This document shows, one piece after another, positions 38,060 through 49,560 of a DNA stretch of 64,000 nt. The DNA is from Octopus sinensis. Taxonomy: Eukaryota. Positions within the stretch are counted from its first letter, which is position 1. Each line of letters opens with the position of its first letter. The stretch is taken from positions 1,736,001 through 1,800,000 of the forward strand of contig NC_043001.1 in assembly GCF_006345805.1 (NCBI RefSeq). Reading direction: 5' to 3'. The translations under genes and the position numbers were made by a program. The notes beneath the pieces were generated by a model. The model was not told the origin of the DNA, did not search any database, and was given only the letters and a program-made list of their open reading frames with translations.

Positions 38060-38643
38060 TCACATCAAACAGACATATACAGTCACACATACAAAGGGCT
38101 TCATGCAGTTTCTATCCATCAAAAACTGACTGAAATTTAAAAGACACTGTCAATAATATTCTTGTTTAAAATAATACAAAAATATATAGAGAGTGCGATG
38201 GGTAAACTGGCGCCATTTTATATTTTTAATTGCGCACATGTGCATTGTTTGTTTTTGATTTTGTTGACTACACAGTACAGTAGGGTCAGTTGGGCACTGT
38301 CTGTGAGAAAAAACAGCACCATGATACCATTCACTTAGCCAGAAATTTGGAAATGACATGCTGTGCTGCTTGGCATTCATGCCGGAAGCTCTAATACAAA
38401 CATTTCAGGGTGTTTGAAGACTCATATTGTCATTGAATGCTTGAAATGAGGAGCAGATGGACAGCTGACAACTGATGAGGGGTCCTTTCTCTGTGTTTAC
38501 TTGTCCTGTTCTCCATTTTTCTCACTGTTTACGTATTTCACTCGTTTTCCCTTGTTTGTTTATGTATTTCATGCTATTTGCACTGTTGGTGACGTCCTTT
38601 ACCCATATATACATAAATTAAAACAGATTAGGAGATCGAAAAT

Positions 38644-38686
38644 CCACCTGACGAATGTCATTGAAGACATGAAACGATTGTAGTGG
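38644..38686 (+). ncRNA. Type I hammerhead ribozyme
   Basis: CCAC / CTGACGA / ATGTC-ATTGAA-GACAT / GAAA / C-GATT-G / TA / GTGG. All conserved core nucleotides are present, stems I and II pair perfectly, and the cleavage triplet is GUA. Confidence 0.8.
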
Positions 38687-38866
38687 CGGTTTATTTCTTT
38701 ATATTAAAAATTTTTATGTATTGATTAAGTCTTTCCTTGTTTGTTTTACAAAATAGTGGTTTTGTCTCGAATTAATATTATATAATATTTTACTATAAAA
38801 TTGGATTTAATCCTAAATCTGATTTTTTCCCTGTAAATTTGGATTTATTCCCTGATATTTATTATT

Positions 38867-38897
<31 letters not shown>

Positions 38898-38974
38898 TAT
38901 TTATTATTTATCATTTAATTGAGCATGACACATCCATTTCCAAGTAAGTTTACATACATACATATATAAATATG

Positions 38975-39440
38975 TATTGCCTGAAGGGAAGCTAGGAGAC
39001 AAGTTTATTTAGCCAGTGGGTAAGCAGATATGAAAAAATTTGCCAATGTTTTGTGTCATGAGGACCAAAGACTTGAATTGTTTTATGCTGTAAGACAATG
39101 TATCTTACAGAGAGGGAATTGTGATGTCATAGGAGAGAAATGTGACTGCACGGATGATGGCTGACTTGCATTTAATGAGGCAGCAGGGAAAGAGACTTGG
39201 AGATGCCACTATGAAAGGTTGCTAAGTGAAGAAAATGAATGGGAGAAAGAGAGTCTGCAGAGGGACCAGCTATCCAAATTAACTGTACCTTGGTAGATAA
39301 AGCAATTAAGGGTATAGAGACAGTCAAAGGGCCAGCCCATCAGGAATCACCGCAGAGAGGCTAAACATTTCTGAGAGTGTTGGATAGAGTCTAGTCAATC
39401 AGGTGATACACGAAGGAGTCTTACCCAATTTACATAATAT
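38975..39440 (+). mobile_element. RTE-like LINE copy 3 (same family as 24430-29480), heavily decayed
   Basis: Matches the VYLA.G.AD.KKFANVL.HEDQRLE..DVIGEKC..WRCHYERLL.EENEWEKESL segment. Confidence 0.8.
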
Positions 39441-39544
39441 TTATGGTGTTAAACGGTAAAATGGCACTCCTCCAGACCTCCAAAAAAGTGCTGCATTAGA
39501 AATACACTTTCTTTCTACCCTAGCATGTCATTATATATATCATT

Positions 39545-39910
39545 ATCATCATCATCATCATTATCATTTAACATCTGTTGTCCATGCTGGCATAGTTTGG
39601 ATGGTTTGACCAGGGCTGGCAAGCTGGAAGGCTGCATCAGACCCCAGTCTGATTTGGTATCATGCCGTTCCTAATGCCAACCACTCCAAGAGTGTAATGG
39701 GTGCTTTTACATGCCACTGGCACAGGTACCATTTGCATGACACCAGTATCTGTCACAACTATAATTTTACTTGGCTTGATGGGTCTTCTTCTCAAGCAAG
39801 ACACCAAAGGTCGTGGTCATTCGTCATTGCCTCTGTGAAGCCCAATGCTTGAAAAGTGCTTTTTACATGCCACCAGCATGGGTGCCAGTTGTGTGACACA
39901 AGCATCAGCC
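39545..39910 (-). mobile_element. SINE-like family C, long form with about 20-bp internal repeats
   Basis: (TCA)n end, CCATGCTGGCA core and GTGCTTTTTACATGCCAC repeats. Confidence 0.85.
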
Positions 39911-39970
39911 ATGATATCTATGCATATATATATATATGTGTGTGTATTTGTGAGATAACACTATTTGATC

Positions 39971-40004
<34 letters not shown>

Positions 40005-40007
40005 ATG

Positions 40008-40897
40008 TATGTAGTCTGATCAATAAGTTGCCATAGTGATGAAGCGAAAGCATACAGAGTAAAGCTGCTTGATACAGATTGAACTTGATCTCTGTTGTGC
40101 ATACGCTCTAAATTTTAAGACTCTACCTCTTTTCCACTGTTTACAGCAGTGCTTGGAAGGAAGATGTGTAGCGTGTGATCATCACATTGACCATGACGGA
40201 GAATGCAGAGCAGAAAATCTGCTTCAAATTTTGCCAAAAGCTTGGCAACACCTGTCCAGAGGCCTATGCAAAGTTTTGAAAAAGTTTTCATTGTTCTCGA
40301 TGCAATCCAAGAGATCTTATGCAACTGAAACCCAAATGTCCTTTTGGTCAGCTGAAAGCAGTTTTGGCACAAACTTGGCAAACGTGTGTCCCATACCCAA
40401 ATCTTCAGTAGTAATGGACTGGACTGAACCATAACTAATCTGCACATCCTCTGATAACTCACGGATGGTGATTCAATGATTTCCCCTCACAGCTGCAGGC
40501 ACGTCTGTGATGTTTTTCTCAGTCCTGTTGGATGGAGGTCTCCCAGAATGTCTGTCACTATTGACATTTTTCAGCCATCTTAAAAATTCTGAACCACTCA
40601 CACACTTGTGTGTAGCTCATACATTCCTCTCCATACACTTTCTGCAATTTTGTGTTGGCCTCTGAGCAGGTATCGTCACGACAACTTTCTTTGTTATGGT
40701 CAATGCGATGATCACACGCTACATACCTTCCTTCCAAGTACTGCTGTAAACAGGGAAAGTAAGCTAGAGGGTTAAAATCTAGTACACATAAACAGCAAAT
40801 TTCAAGGTCAATGTTTTGCCAAGTAGCTGCACTCTGCATGCTTTAGCTTCATTACTATGGCAACAGTCCGGATACTTATTGATCAGACCTCGTTTGT
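40008..40897 (-). mobile_element. Mariner-derived non-autonomous element with two inverted 5' ends
   Basis: The minus strand encodes KLQKVYGEECMSYTQVCEWF..SGRP..ITIRELSEDVQISYGSVQSI.TEDLGM..FVPKLLSADQK. The left arm (40008-40275) is an inverted copy of the right arm (about 40680-40897), both starting GTCTGATCAATAAGT. Confidence 0.8.
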
Positions 40898-42997
40898 ATA
40901 TGCATATGTGTTGATATACAGTAATATAAATATACAATGTTGACAATTTACTGTGTATGTTCTTCCCAATAAATTGACCATTGATCAGTTTGTATATTTT
41001 ATATGAAATAGATTTATTAATCACTGATATAGACAGAAAACCACAGGTTTTGAGGCAAGGTTACAATGACCCTATTCTTAAATTGTTAATTCATTACCTT
41101 GGTCATAATGAACCTTAGCAGTATTGACTTGAATTTGCCTTTCATTCTGTCAGCATCACTTTTGGTAAGGGCTAATACTTTGTATCTCATCATGATTCAA
41201 TCATTCTGAGTTTCCCAATCTAATTTAATCTTTACTTCTTTATCACACGTTGGAATTTCTCCATTATATCTCAATACAGATATGTTCCAGGTGTTAATGA
41301 ACAAACACTCATTATTTCTTTAGATTTAGCTAAGATTCAAATGTTAATTTCAATAAGCTAATGAGGTAATCCCCTTACATGGTTATTTGACCTACTAGAA
41401 ACTGCAGCCAAATCTTTCCCAAATCATGTCTTGAAAATGGAAGGACATCTTAGATAATGTGAATATTTTTTCTATCTTTTGGTAAGAAGACAATACAGTG
41501 CCCATGACCATTTACAGAGCTTCTGAGACGATGGTGTCTTCAAGCCAAAGACTGGAGCTGAATGCTTGCAATAGAGTGGATTTTCCTTTTAACACTGAAG
41601 GGGTCAAGTGGTGGTGTGAAAGCAAGGACTGGACTTAATCCCTGACCCAAGTGGGGGATTGTTGGGTTTCAATTCACAACACGATGATCCAGAACAAACA
41701 CCAGGAGCCATCTTGTTCAACATTCTTCCAGTTCTATTAATCCATTGCCCCTGGGGGGCACTTTTCCTCAGCTCTGTCAGGATGAACTATACCTCACAAT
41801 AAGGAATGATGGTCATGGTTGAGTACCTTAAACATACATCTGTTTGATCAGTGTTGACCTAGGGCTTAAAAAACAGCACCTTATTTTTTTGTTTTCATAA
41901 AACCTATTCTTTTTACTTCATATTTTATGAATTTCCTCTTAGTTCTATTCTGTGGTTTTCCTTTGAAATTTCGCATTTATTATCAATATTCCTCATATTT
42001 TCATCACCAGATTCTGTACCAATGATATCATTCCTAAATCCACAGACTGCTTCCACTAAGATATCTTCTTGAAATTTGATCTTTGGAGATAGTTTAGAAT
42101 GATCAATATCTTTCAGATCAGGATTGCTTGAATCTCTGTTAACTGATTGATGTTGAAATATGTCAAAAAAAACCCCAAAAAAACGAGAATGTTAGGAAAT
42201 TAATTGTTGTCTGTCAACAACAGTTATATAGAAAATTTCACAAGTTTGGATAAATTTATTTGGCATGGAGAGAATGGGAATCTGAGATTTTAAGACTGAT
42301 ATATTGAATGAGGGAGAATATAGCAGTAATCTTAAAATGTTTCCTCTCGTTCAGATGCAGAGTTAGTCTGGAAGTTTCAGTCTTCAAGTCATCATGGTAT
42401 TTGAATTTCATCAGACTCATAAACAATACATAAAAATCCTCTTCTTACACAACCATTTCTAGCATCAATATCAGCATTGTAATATATTTGCAAAAAAACA
42501 GCAAAGAATGAGTCTTTATTCTAGAAAGTTCCATCTCTGATTATTATGAATCTTGAATCTTGAAATGAGTGAAGAATTGGTTTGGAAAAGGTCATCTATT
42601 TTACATAAGTTGGTATAAAGATATTTAATGTAACATCAACACAAGGCACCTAATCCCTTTATTGATGTTTAGCACTAAGTCACCTCTGCTAAAAATAGCA
42701 GCCAAACACAACCTATTCTTCTAACTTATTTACATTGAATATTATGTTTGGGACACTCTTACTTGAGTAAGAAGATAGGAAATTCATTGACTTGGATATA
42801 TAAGTTTGCAGTTCAGGACTGACCTTGGGTTAAAAACAACTGTAACAACCACTAAAAAAAAAAATCCGAGTTCAGTTTCCTGTTAGAGTTTAAATCTTCC
42901 TTACATTCTTCCACGAATTAAAAATGCACATGAAAAGTTGACAGACAAATGTATCGAATTTCTATTAAAGATGAAATAAGGGAAAAAAACAAAAATC

Positions 42998-43330
42998 TCT
43001 CCAGACTGAAGAACTGTTGCAGTTGTTGTTGTTATTGCTGTTAGCATCATCATCATCATCATCACCACCACCACCACTACCACCACCACTACTACCACCA
43101 CCACCACCACCACCACCACCACCACCACCACCACCACCACCATCATCATCATCATTAGGCTCTACCAAATCAGACTAGAGCCTGGTGCAGCTTCCATGGC
43201 TTCCAGACTCCAGTCAAATCGTCCAAACCATGCTAGCGTGAAAAATGGATGTTAAATGATTCTTCTTCTTCTTCTTCTTCTTCTTCTACTAATCATTATT
43301 ATTATTATTATCATCATTGTTATTAGTTTT
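42998..43330. repeat. (CAT)/(CAC)/(TTC)/(ATT) microsatellites around a family C fragment
   Basis: Visible arrays. Confidence 0.85.
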
Positions 43331-45134
43331 TTTTTGTTTTTTTTTCAAAAAGCGTATGTATGTGTGGAAATAGTAAAGTTAATGTTTGTTTCTGACTAGT
43401 TTAATAGGATTCCCGTTAAAGATGTTGTTTTTGGAAAAATGCTTTTGGAAAATATCTTGTTGTCTGTGTCTTCTTTTTAAACAAAATATAATTACTGATT
43501 TCTTCATTGGAAGAAGATAACAAATAAATAAATTAATTAACTAAAGATAAATAGTTGAAGAGAAAATAAATATAAACTAATAAAAGAAAACATAGAAGGC
43601 AACAAGGGGTAAGATAAAAATACAAAGGATATACAAACCTTATTTTCCCCAACAACCATCTCGTTTGCTCTGATGATCTACTGATGAAGAGATGTTGGAG
43701 AGAAAATCCTATTTTAATTATGATAACCTTCTCTACTCTTTCATTTGAAGTGGTATATGATGATTGTCTTTGAAGTAGAAAGATATTGAAATAAAGATAT
43801 GAAATGTTTTGACAGTGAAGAAAGATTAATGTAGTGTTGTGGTGGACTCTGTCTTAATTCGAAGGTTGACGGGTTCTTAAAAGAACAACAAAAAAATAAT
43901 AATTGTTTCCAAATATCTTTTCATGTTGTGATAATTTTTTTTTATTTTTAATTTGTTTTGTAATTTTTAATCTTTTAAATTCTTTTGTTTTTGACTGTTG
44001 TTGATTTGCTTAGTTTTGGAGCCATTCTGCACCTGTATCTTTTTTTGGTGCTAGCATGGGTTGGAAGCTTCTGCAAATTTATACATTTTGTGTAAGTTAT
44101 GATGGCATGTCCCATAATGCATTGGCTGGTAAATATATAGTGAAAACCCTTTTGTGGTTATATTATAATGAAATATACATTGTTGATGTGTTTCAATTTT
44201 TTTGTTTTTAATTAGCAAAAGTTTTGAGTAAAATAATTAATTTTTTCTCCTTTATGCTTTGTCTATATTAAGTTCATACATAAATTACAATGGAGTATTT
44301 TAAGTTAAATGTTGGCAGTTTCAAAAAAGCAGATTTTCAAAAGTCAAGAAATTTTCCTTTTCCCAGAATGGCTAGTTGCAAAATAGTTAAAAGCTTTCCT
44401 TTATAATTTTGGTGAGTTCAACTTTGCCAAAGTCAATCACCTGCAAAAAAAAAAAAAAAAAAATCAACAATAACAAAACCTATTTTAGTTCAGTGTTGCA
44501 GATTAATGAAATACTTAGCATTAACTGTACAAAATGGAAACTACAAAACTTCTTCACTTTATGAATTAACCTTTGTTTAGGGTTCCAAAAGTGGTTACAC
44601 AGTTGGTAGTCAAATCAATGTCCACCATCTTATTGGATCCACTAAATCAGTGCGAGTGCTACACACAAGGGGAACCATGGGATCCCTGGAGCACTAAAAT
44701 CTGTGGGCATCCCACAAATTCAATCCATCTAGAATGATGGATTTTCAAAGAACATAAAGAATAGGACAGAAGAAAGTATGCAAATATATTTCTAATCGTA
44801 GCCTTAATGTCCATATCTGTGACTGAAGAATTACTACCATGGGTTGAACAAAAGTTTAGCAGAAAATTGAATCATTGCAAGCTAAACTATTGATGCAATA
44901 TTGTTGTATTTTATGAACTGTTACAGTCTGTGGCTGTACTTACAACATCGTCATAAAAAGAGAGAAGGGTCACGCTTGTATAATTGAGCTAAGGCATTGA
45001 ATACTCTGGCATCAGCCCAATACTAATGGTAACAAGAGAGATGGCACAGTCTTGCTTTAGCACATCACTGCCCTTCCTCTTCTGCCACACCCAAACAATC
45101 CACACAATAAACATAATGCTTTATCCAACAACAG

Positions 45135-45192
45135 TGCCTTTCAAACTGACAGAGAAACTAAAAGATGGAGGAAGAGTACATAGATTGGCTAG
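45135..45192 (+). other. Candidate first coding exon of the arginine kinase pseudogene (MEEEYIDWL)
   Basis: ACAACAG acceptor, AAAGATGG start at 45165 and AG|GTACGT donor. The phase-1 end joins in frame to AG GCT TTG at 46308. Confidence 0.3.
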
Positions 45193-45550
45193 GTACGTTT
45201 GCACAAACAAAAAAGCTTTCTTTTTATAGTACCCAAGAGAAAAGATAAAGAACTGCAGAACTTTACATTTTCTGTGAATTTTACATTGGTGCGTGGACAT
45301 TGTTTTTCAACATTTTTCAGACAGATAGGTAGGTTAATAGGTAGGTAAGTAGGTAGGTAGGTAGGTAGATTGCTAGATAGGTAGATAGATAGATAAATAG
45401 ATTGGTTGATTGATCGATTGATCGATTGATTGATTGCCCCTTCAGTACTGTCTATGTGGATTTCCATATCTCAAGATTCAAACGTTTGAAAGAATATACA
45501 AATTCCTCATACAATTTTAAAATAACAGTAAATTTCCACAGATACTGCTA

Positions 45551-45552
<2 letters not shown>

Positions 45553-45602
<50 letters not shown>
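45553..45602. repeat. (TTA)n array at the 3' end of the R4/Dong-type LINE
   Basis: Perfect array directly abutting the LINE 3' end. Confidence 0.95.
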
Positions 45603-45604
<2 letters not shown>

Positions 45605-46307
45605 GCCTTTGCCCGGCTTCTAATGCTGGAGATGTACTACAGTGTCAGCTGTTCACTACCAGTAAACTAAGATATCACTTCTTATTTTTCGAGCACCATC
45701 CGGAGTATTTGAGTGGTTCCAAGCAGTGCTGCTTTCTGCAAGTGCTCCACCTTTATTGCAGCCTCCATTTGTTCCATGTACTTCTCGAGATTTTTGCTCA
45801 CTGTTCCCAGGGCTCTGACTATTCTTGGTACTGCTGCTATCTTTTTCATCGACCAAACTGCAAACCTTCCTAAGCTAACCTGTCATATCTCTCGACTTTT
45901 CTTTCTTCCTTATTGCATACCTTGTTGTCAGCCGGGCATGCTATATCAATGATCCAGCATTGTTTGCTTTCTTTGTCAATTAACACTATGTCCGGTTTCC
46001 TATTCTCTATCTCATGGTTACACTGAATCATAAAATTCCATAGGATCTTTGCATTTCTATTTTCAATAATGACTTTGGGTTTGTGGTTGTACCAATTTTT
46101 GCTCTGTCAAGTCCATACTTGTTGCAGAGTGTCCAATGGACAATCCTGGCTATATTGCCGTGGTGTCTCTTATATTCCTTCTGGGCTAGGGGCGTACATT
46201 GGCTGGTAATATGCTATACAGTTTCACCACTTTGTCCACAGATTCTGCACTTATTACTTTATGATGTCTTGTCTATTCTGTATTTTATGCAGTTTGTTCT
46301 TAGTGGG
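45603..46307 (-). mobile_element. R4/Dong-clade LINE, 3' part (CCHC + restriction-like endonuclease)
   Basis: LRTNCIKYRIDKTS..CRICGQSGETV.HI..C..LAQKEYK; KILWNFMIQCNHEIENRKPDIVLIDK..IIDIACP; LQKAALLGTTQILRMVL. Confidence 0.9.
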
Positions 46308-46840
46308 AGGCTTTGAAAAAGGCTGAAAGTAAATCTCATTTGAAAAAACATTTCACACCAGCCAGGAATGAAAAATGGAAGAATAAGAGAACTAAATTGG
46401 AAGGCACTTTGGCAGATTGTATTCATTCTGGTTGCAAAAACCTTGACAACAGTGTAGGTATCTACACTAGTGATCCTGATGCACGACAAGGAAATTGATA
46501 AAGTTGCCCACCTGGTTCCAGGCTTTGGTGATGTCAACAACTTGAACCTTAGTGATCTTGATCCATCTAGTAACTTGATTGTATCTACACATGTCTGTGT
46601 AGGCAGGAGCCACGACAGTTTTGGCTTCCTACCAGTTCTTAAGAAAGAAGATTGTGTTAAAAGGGAACAAGTGTCTGTTGAGGCTTTGAAATCCCTTGAA
46701 AGTGAATTGGCTGGTAGCTATTACCCCCTCAGCAACAAGAGTCCTGAAGTTCAGAAGCAACAGCCTGAGGATTATTCCCTTTTCTAACGACCCTGATAGA
46801 TCCTTGAAGGCAGGTATGATGACTGGCCTACTAGCAGAAG
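46308..46840 (+). pseudogene. AK: Arginine kinase (phosphagen kinase) pseudogene, N-terminal half
   Basis: ESKSHLKKHFT..KRTKLEGTLADCIHSGCKNLDNSVGIYTSDPDA, then deletion/frameshift, then LDPSSNLIVSTHVCVGRSHDSFGF..ELAGSYYPL..YDDWPTSR. Mollusc-type AK motifs, with frameshifts and the conserved RVRVGRS altered to HVCVGRS. Confidence 0.9.
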
Positions 46841-47059
46841 TTTATTCTCAAAGCTTGCTCTTGTGCCACACACATAAATGCTTCTGTTTCTATCTTTCAA
46901 GTCACTCCTCTGTATTCATAACCACCAGCCTCCTGAATCTGTCTTTGTGCTTGTATCTCTTGCCAACGAACCATACATTTTTTATGTTTTGGCACATTTC
47001 CCTTCTTTCTTATTACAATTATCACCCTAAACTGTTTTCCTCTCATTCAACACAATCCT

Positions 47060-47335
47060 GGCAACTAATCAAAACCTCTGTCACACTTTATTCTGGACAA
47101 GTACAACCTATCGGTGCCACTCATGAGATGGAATGCTCCATGTACCGTCAATAGATTCCATGTCTTGCTATCCATACTCATCAGTTGATTCTTTGACCAG
47201 TTTTTACAATTCCAACTCCATAACTAAGCAACACTATCCTCCATGTCTTTACTGCTTGGAATTTATTCCATCCAGTCAATTATGGGCGCAACACCTGTTG
47301 CAGTCTTTGGAAGTAGTCTTTCTTTGGCTTTTATT
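47060..47335 (-). mobile_element. R4/Dong-clade LINE, RT C-terminal segment
   Basis: KDYFQRLQQVL..LTGWNKFQAVKTW..LLSYGVGIV..TVHGAFH..TDRLYLSR..RG.ISCQDC. Confidence 0.8.
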
Positions 47336-48671
47336 TCCTCCTCTGTGATTTCTTTAAACTCTAGTATGCCAGATCATTGTATTTATTGTTGTTGATGCTG
47401 CTGCTGCTGTTGTTGTTGTTGTTGTCTAATTCGCGTTTTAGTAACCAGTTACCAATTCCAATAAATTGATTTGTGTTAAAGTTTTCATATGAAAATTTAA
47501 AAAATGCATGATCTAACTACAAAATGAACTTTTAGAAAAATCCTCTGTAAAGCACAGGAAACTCACCTCAATGATTTAGTATGACTAAAGATAATTATAC
47601 TTGTTTGGTAGTTATTAGCAACTATGCTTGGCAGAAATAATTTTGGGTTCCAAGATTAAAACTATTTTTTTATTCTAAAAAAGCAAAATTAAATAAGTTG
47701 CAGTGTGCCTCTTTTTATTTGCAAGATTGACTGAAGCAGAGATATGAGAAATGCGATTTGTCTTGTGCAAAACGTTTTTCCATTTAGATAAAATTCTAAA
47801 GCACCAATGACATAACACAAGGCTATCATTATATGTTAGAAATCATCGTCATTTTAGAATCTGTTTTTCATGCTTGCATAGGTTACATGGATTACCATTA
47901 ATTCTTCATCTCTTTTATGAAACCAAAAATTCTCAAATCCATCCCCACAAATTCTAAAATCTTTTTCCATCAGAAGAAATCTTTCATGATCAACTGACAT
48001 AACTTTTTCATTCAATACACACACACACATACAAATATATCGACATATCTATATATATGCACACACACACACACACCTTCATACATATACATATATCTAT
48101 ACCACATACACACATGTATGTCTGGAAGTTGCATGCTTATTTAGTTTCATTTGTTCTCCCCTACACATACATTGCTATCTCTGAATTCTGATTTTCTTTC
48201 TCAATTCCTTTTCTTTAAATTACTTTCGTTTTTGATTTCACCTTTTAGTCAAAGGGAAAGGTAGTGGCCATGATGCTTGAAGGAACTTCAAGATGGGTGA
48301 GTGGGAGAATGCTATCCTCAACCAGAAACCTTCCCCAAATGCTTGCAACACAGTGGTTTCCATTAAAGACACCCAAGGTACCTGGCAGAAGTCTGAAACT
48401 AAATGCCAGATTAAGTCTTTGGTTTGTTTAGTAGAAGAAGCGGTGCCCATTGCCATGGCAGTACTTCCTAGACTGATGAGAGTCATAAGAGTCAATGAGT
48501 TTCTTAAATATTTGGAAGTTGATGATTACAGGTAAAAAAATATGGCCAAGGTGGGATTCCATATTTATTTAAAAAGCTTTTGCACGATTAACAGACCAGA
48601 CTTGTGTAATGTTCTCTCAAAATATTACATCACTGCCATTCTTGTCAAAGGTTTCTCTAGCAGATATCAGA

Positions 48672-48850
48672 ATATTGCTTACAAAATTTTAGCACAAGGC
48701 CAACAGTTTTGGGAAAAGAGTATATCAATTACAACGACCCCAGTACTCAACTGGTACTTATATTGTCGGCCCTGAAATGATGAACAGCAAAGTTATCTCA
48801 GCAGCATTTGAACTCAGAACATAAAGAGACAAAATGCCATTAAGTATCAA
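48672..48850 (-). mobile_element. SINE family A, variant tail
   Basis: GCACAAGGCCAACA..GACCCCAGTACTCAACTGGTACTTA..TTTGAACTCAGAA. Confidence 0.75.
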
Positions 48851-48906
48851 TATATTAATTATCAAATAATATTTTATGCAGCCTCTCTTACACACAGATG
48901 CATAAA

Positions 48907-48964
<58 letters not shown>

Positions 48965-49149
48965 CATGTGTGGGGACTTTTAAAAGTTTACCACATCCTT
49001 TCTGCACATGGAGGAACAGAAATCTCAATTTCTCTTTCCTTTCCTCATTCTAGTGACTATTGGTACAAATATTTATTCCCCATCCCTCACAAACTGAATG
49101 AATAAATATGTCCATCCTTCTAAATGAGCATTATTGGGACCCCCAACAC

Positions 49150-49560
49150 ACATCATGATGACAACCTTCATCACATGTTACAGTCTTGTGCTCATCAAAA
49201 GTCCTCCCTGTCCAGTCCTTGATCTCATCTCTCCATCACCCACAAACCCATTCTCTGTCCACCCAGACCCTGAGGATAACCTCAGAGGTCCTAGCTCTGA
49301 TAACATGACCAAAGTATTTCACTTTTTCTCAAATGACCATTGTCGCCAGCGTTCATTCTCCATCCATCTTCTCAAGACTGAATCGTTTTATGGCCCACCC
49401 CACTCAACCACAATACCTACCTGCAGCAAACATTGTGAGTCGTTACACTTTCTGAGTAACAAATTCTTCTACCATTCTACCAGTTGCTGTATCCAAAAGT
49501 AGACCATGGCCCCATTTGGAAGATTTTCCTCATGGTCACTATTCCTCTGAACTACAACAT
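49150..49560 (-). mobile_element. RTE (BovB-like) LINE 3' remnant
   Basis: Minus strand reads KVKYFGHVIRA..WRDEIKDWTGRT, the RTE C-terminal signature. Confidence 0.55.

Noticed and set aside
48470-48510. CTGATGA-GAGTC-ATAA-GAGTC hammerhead-like start
   Set aside because: The stem arms are a direct repeat rather than complementary, and no GAAA follows.
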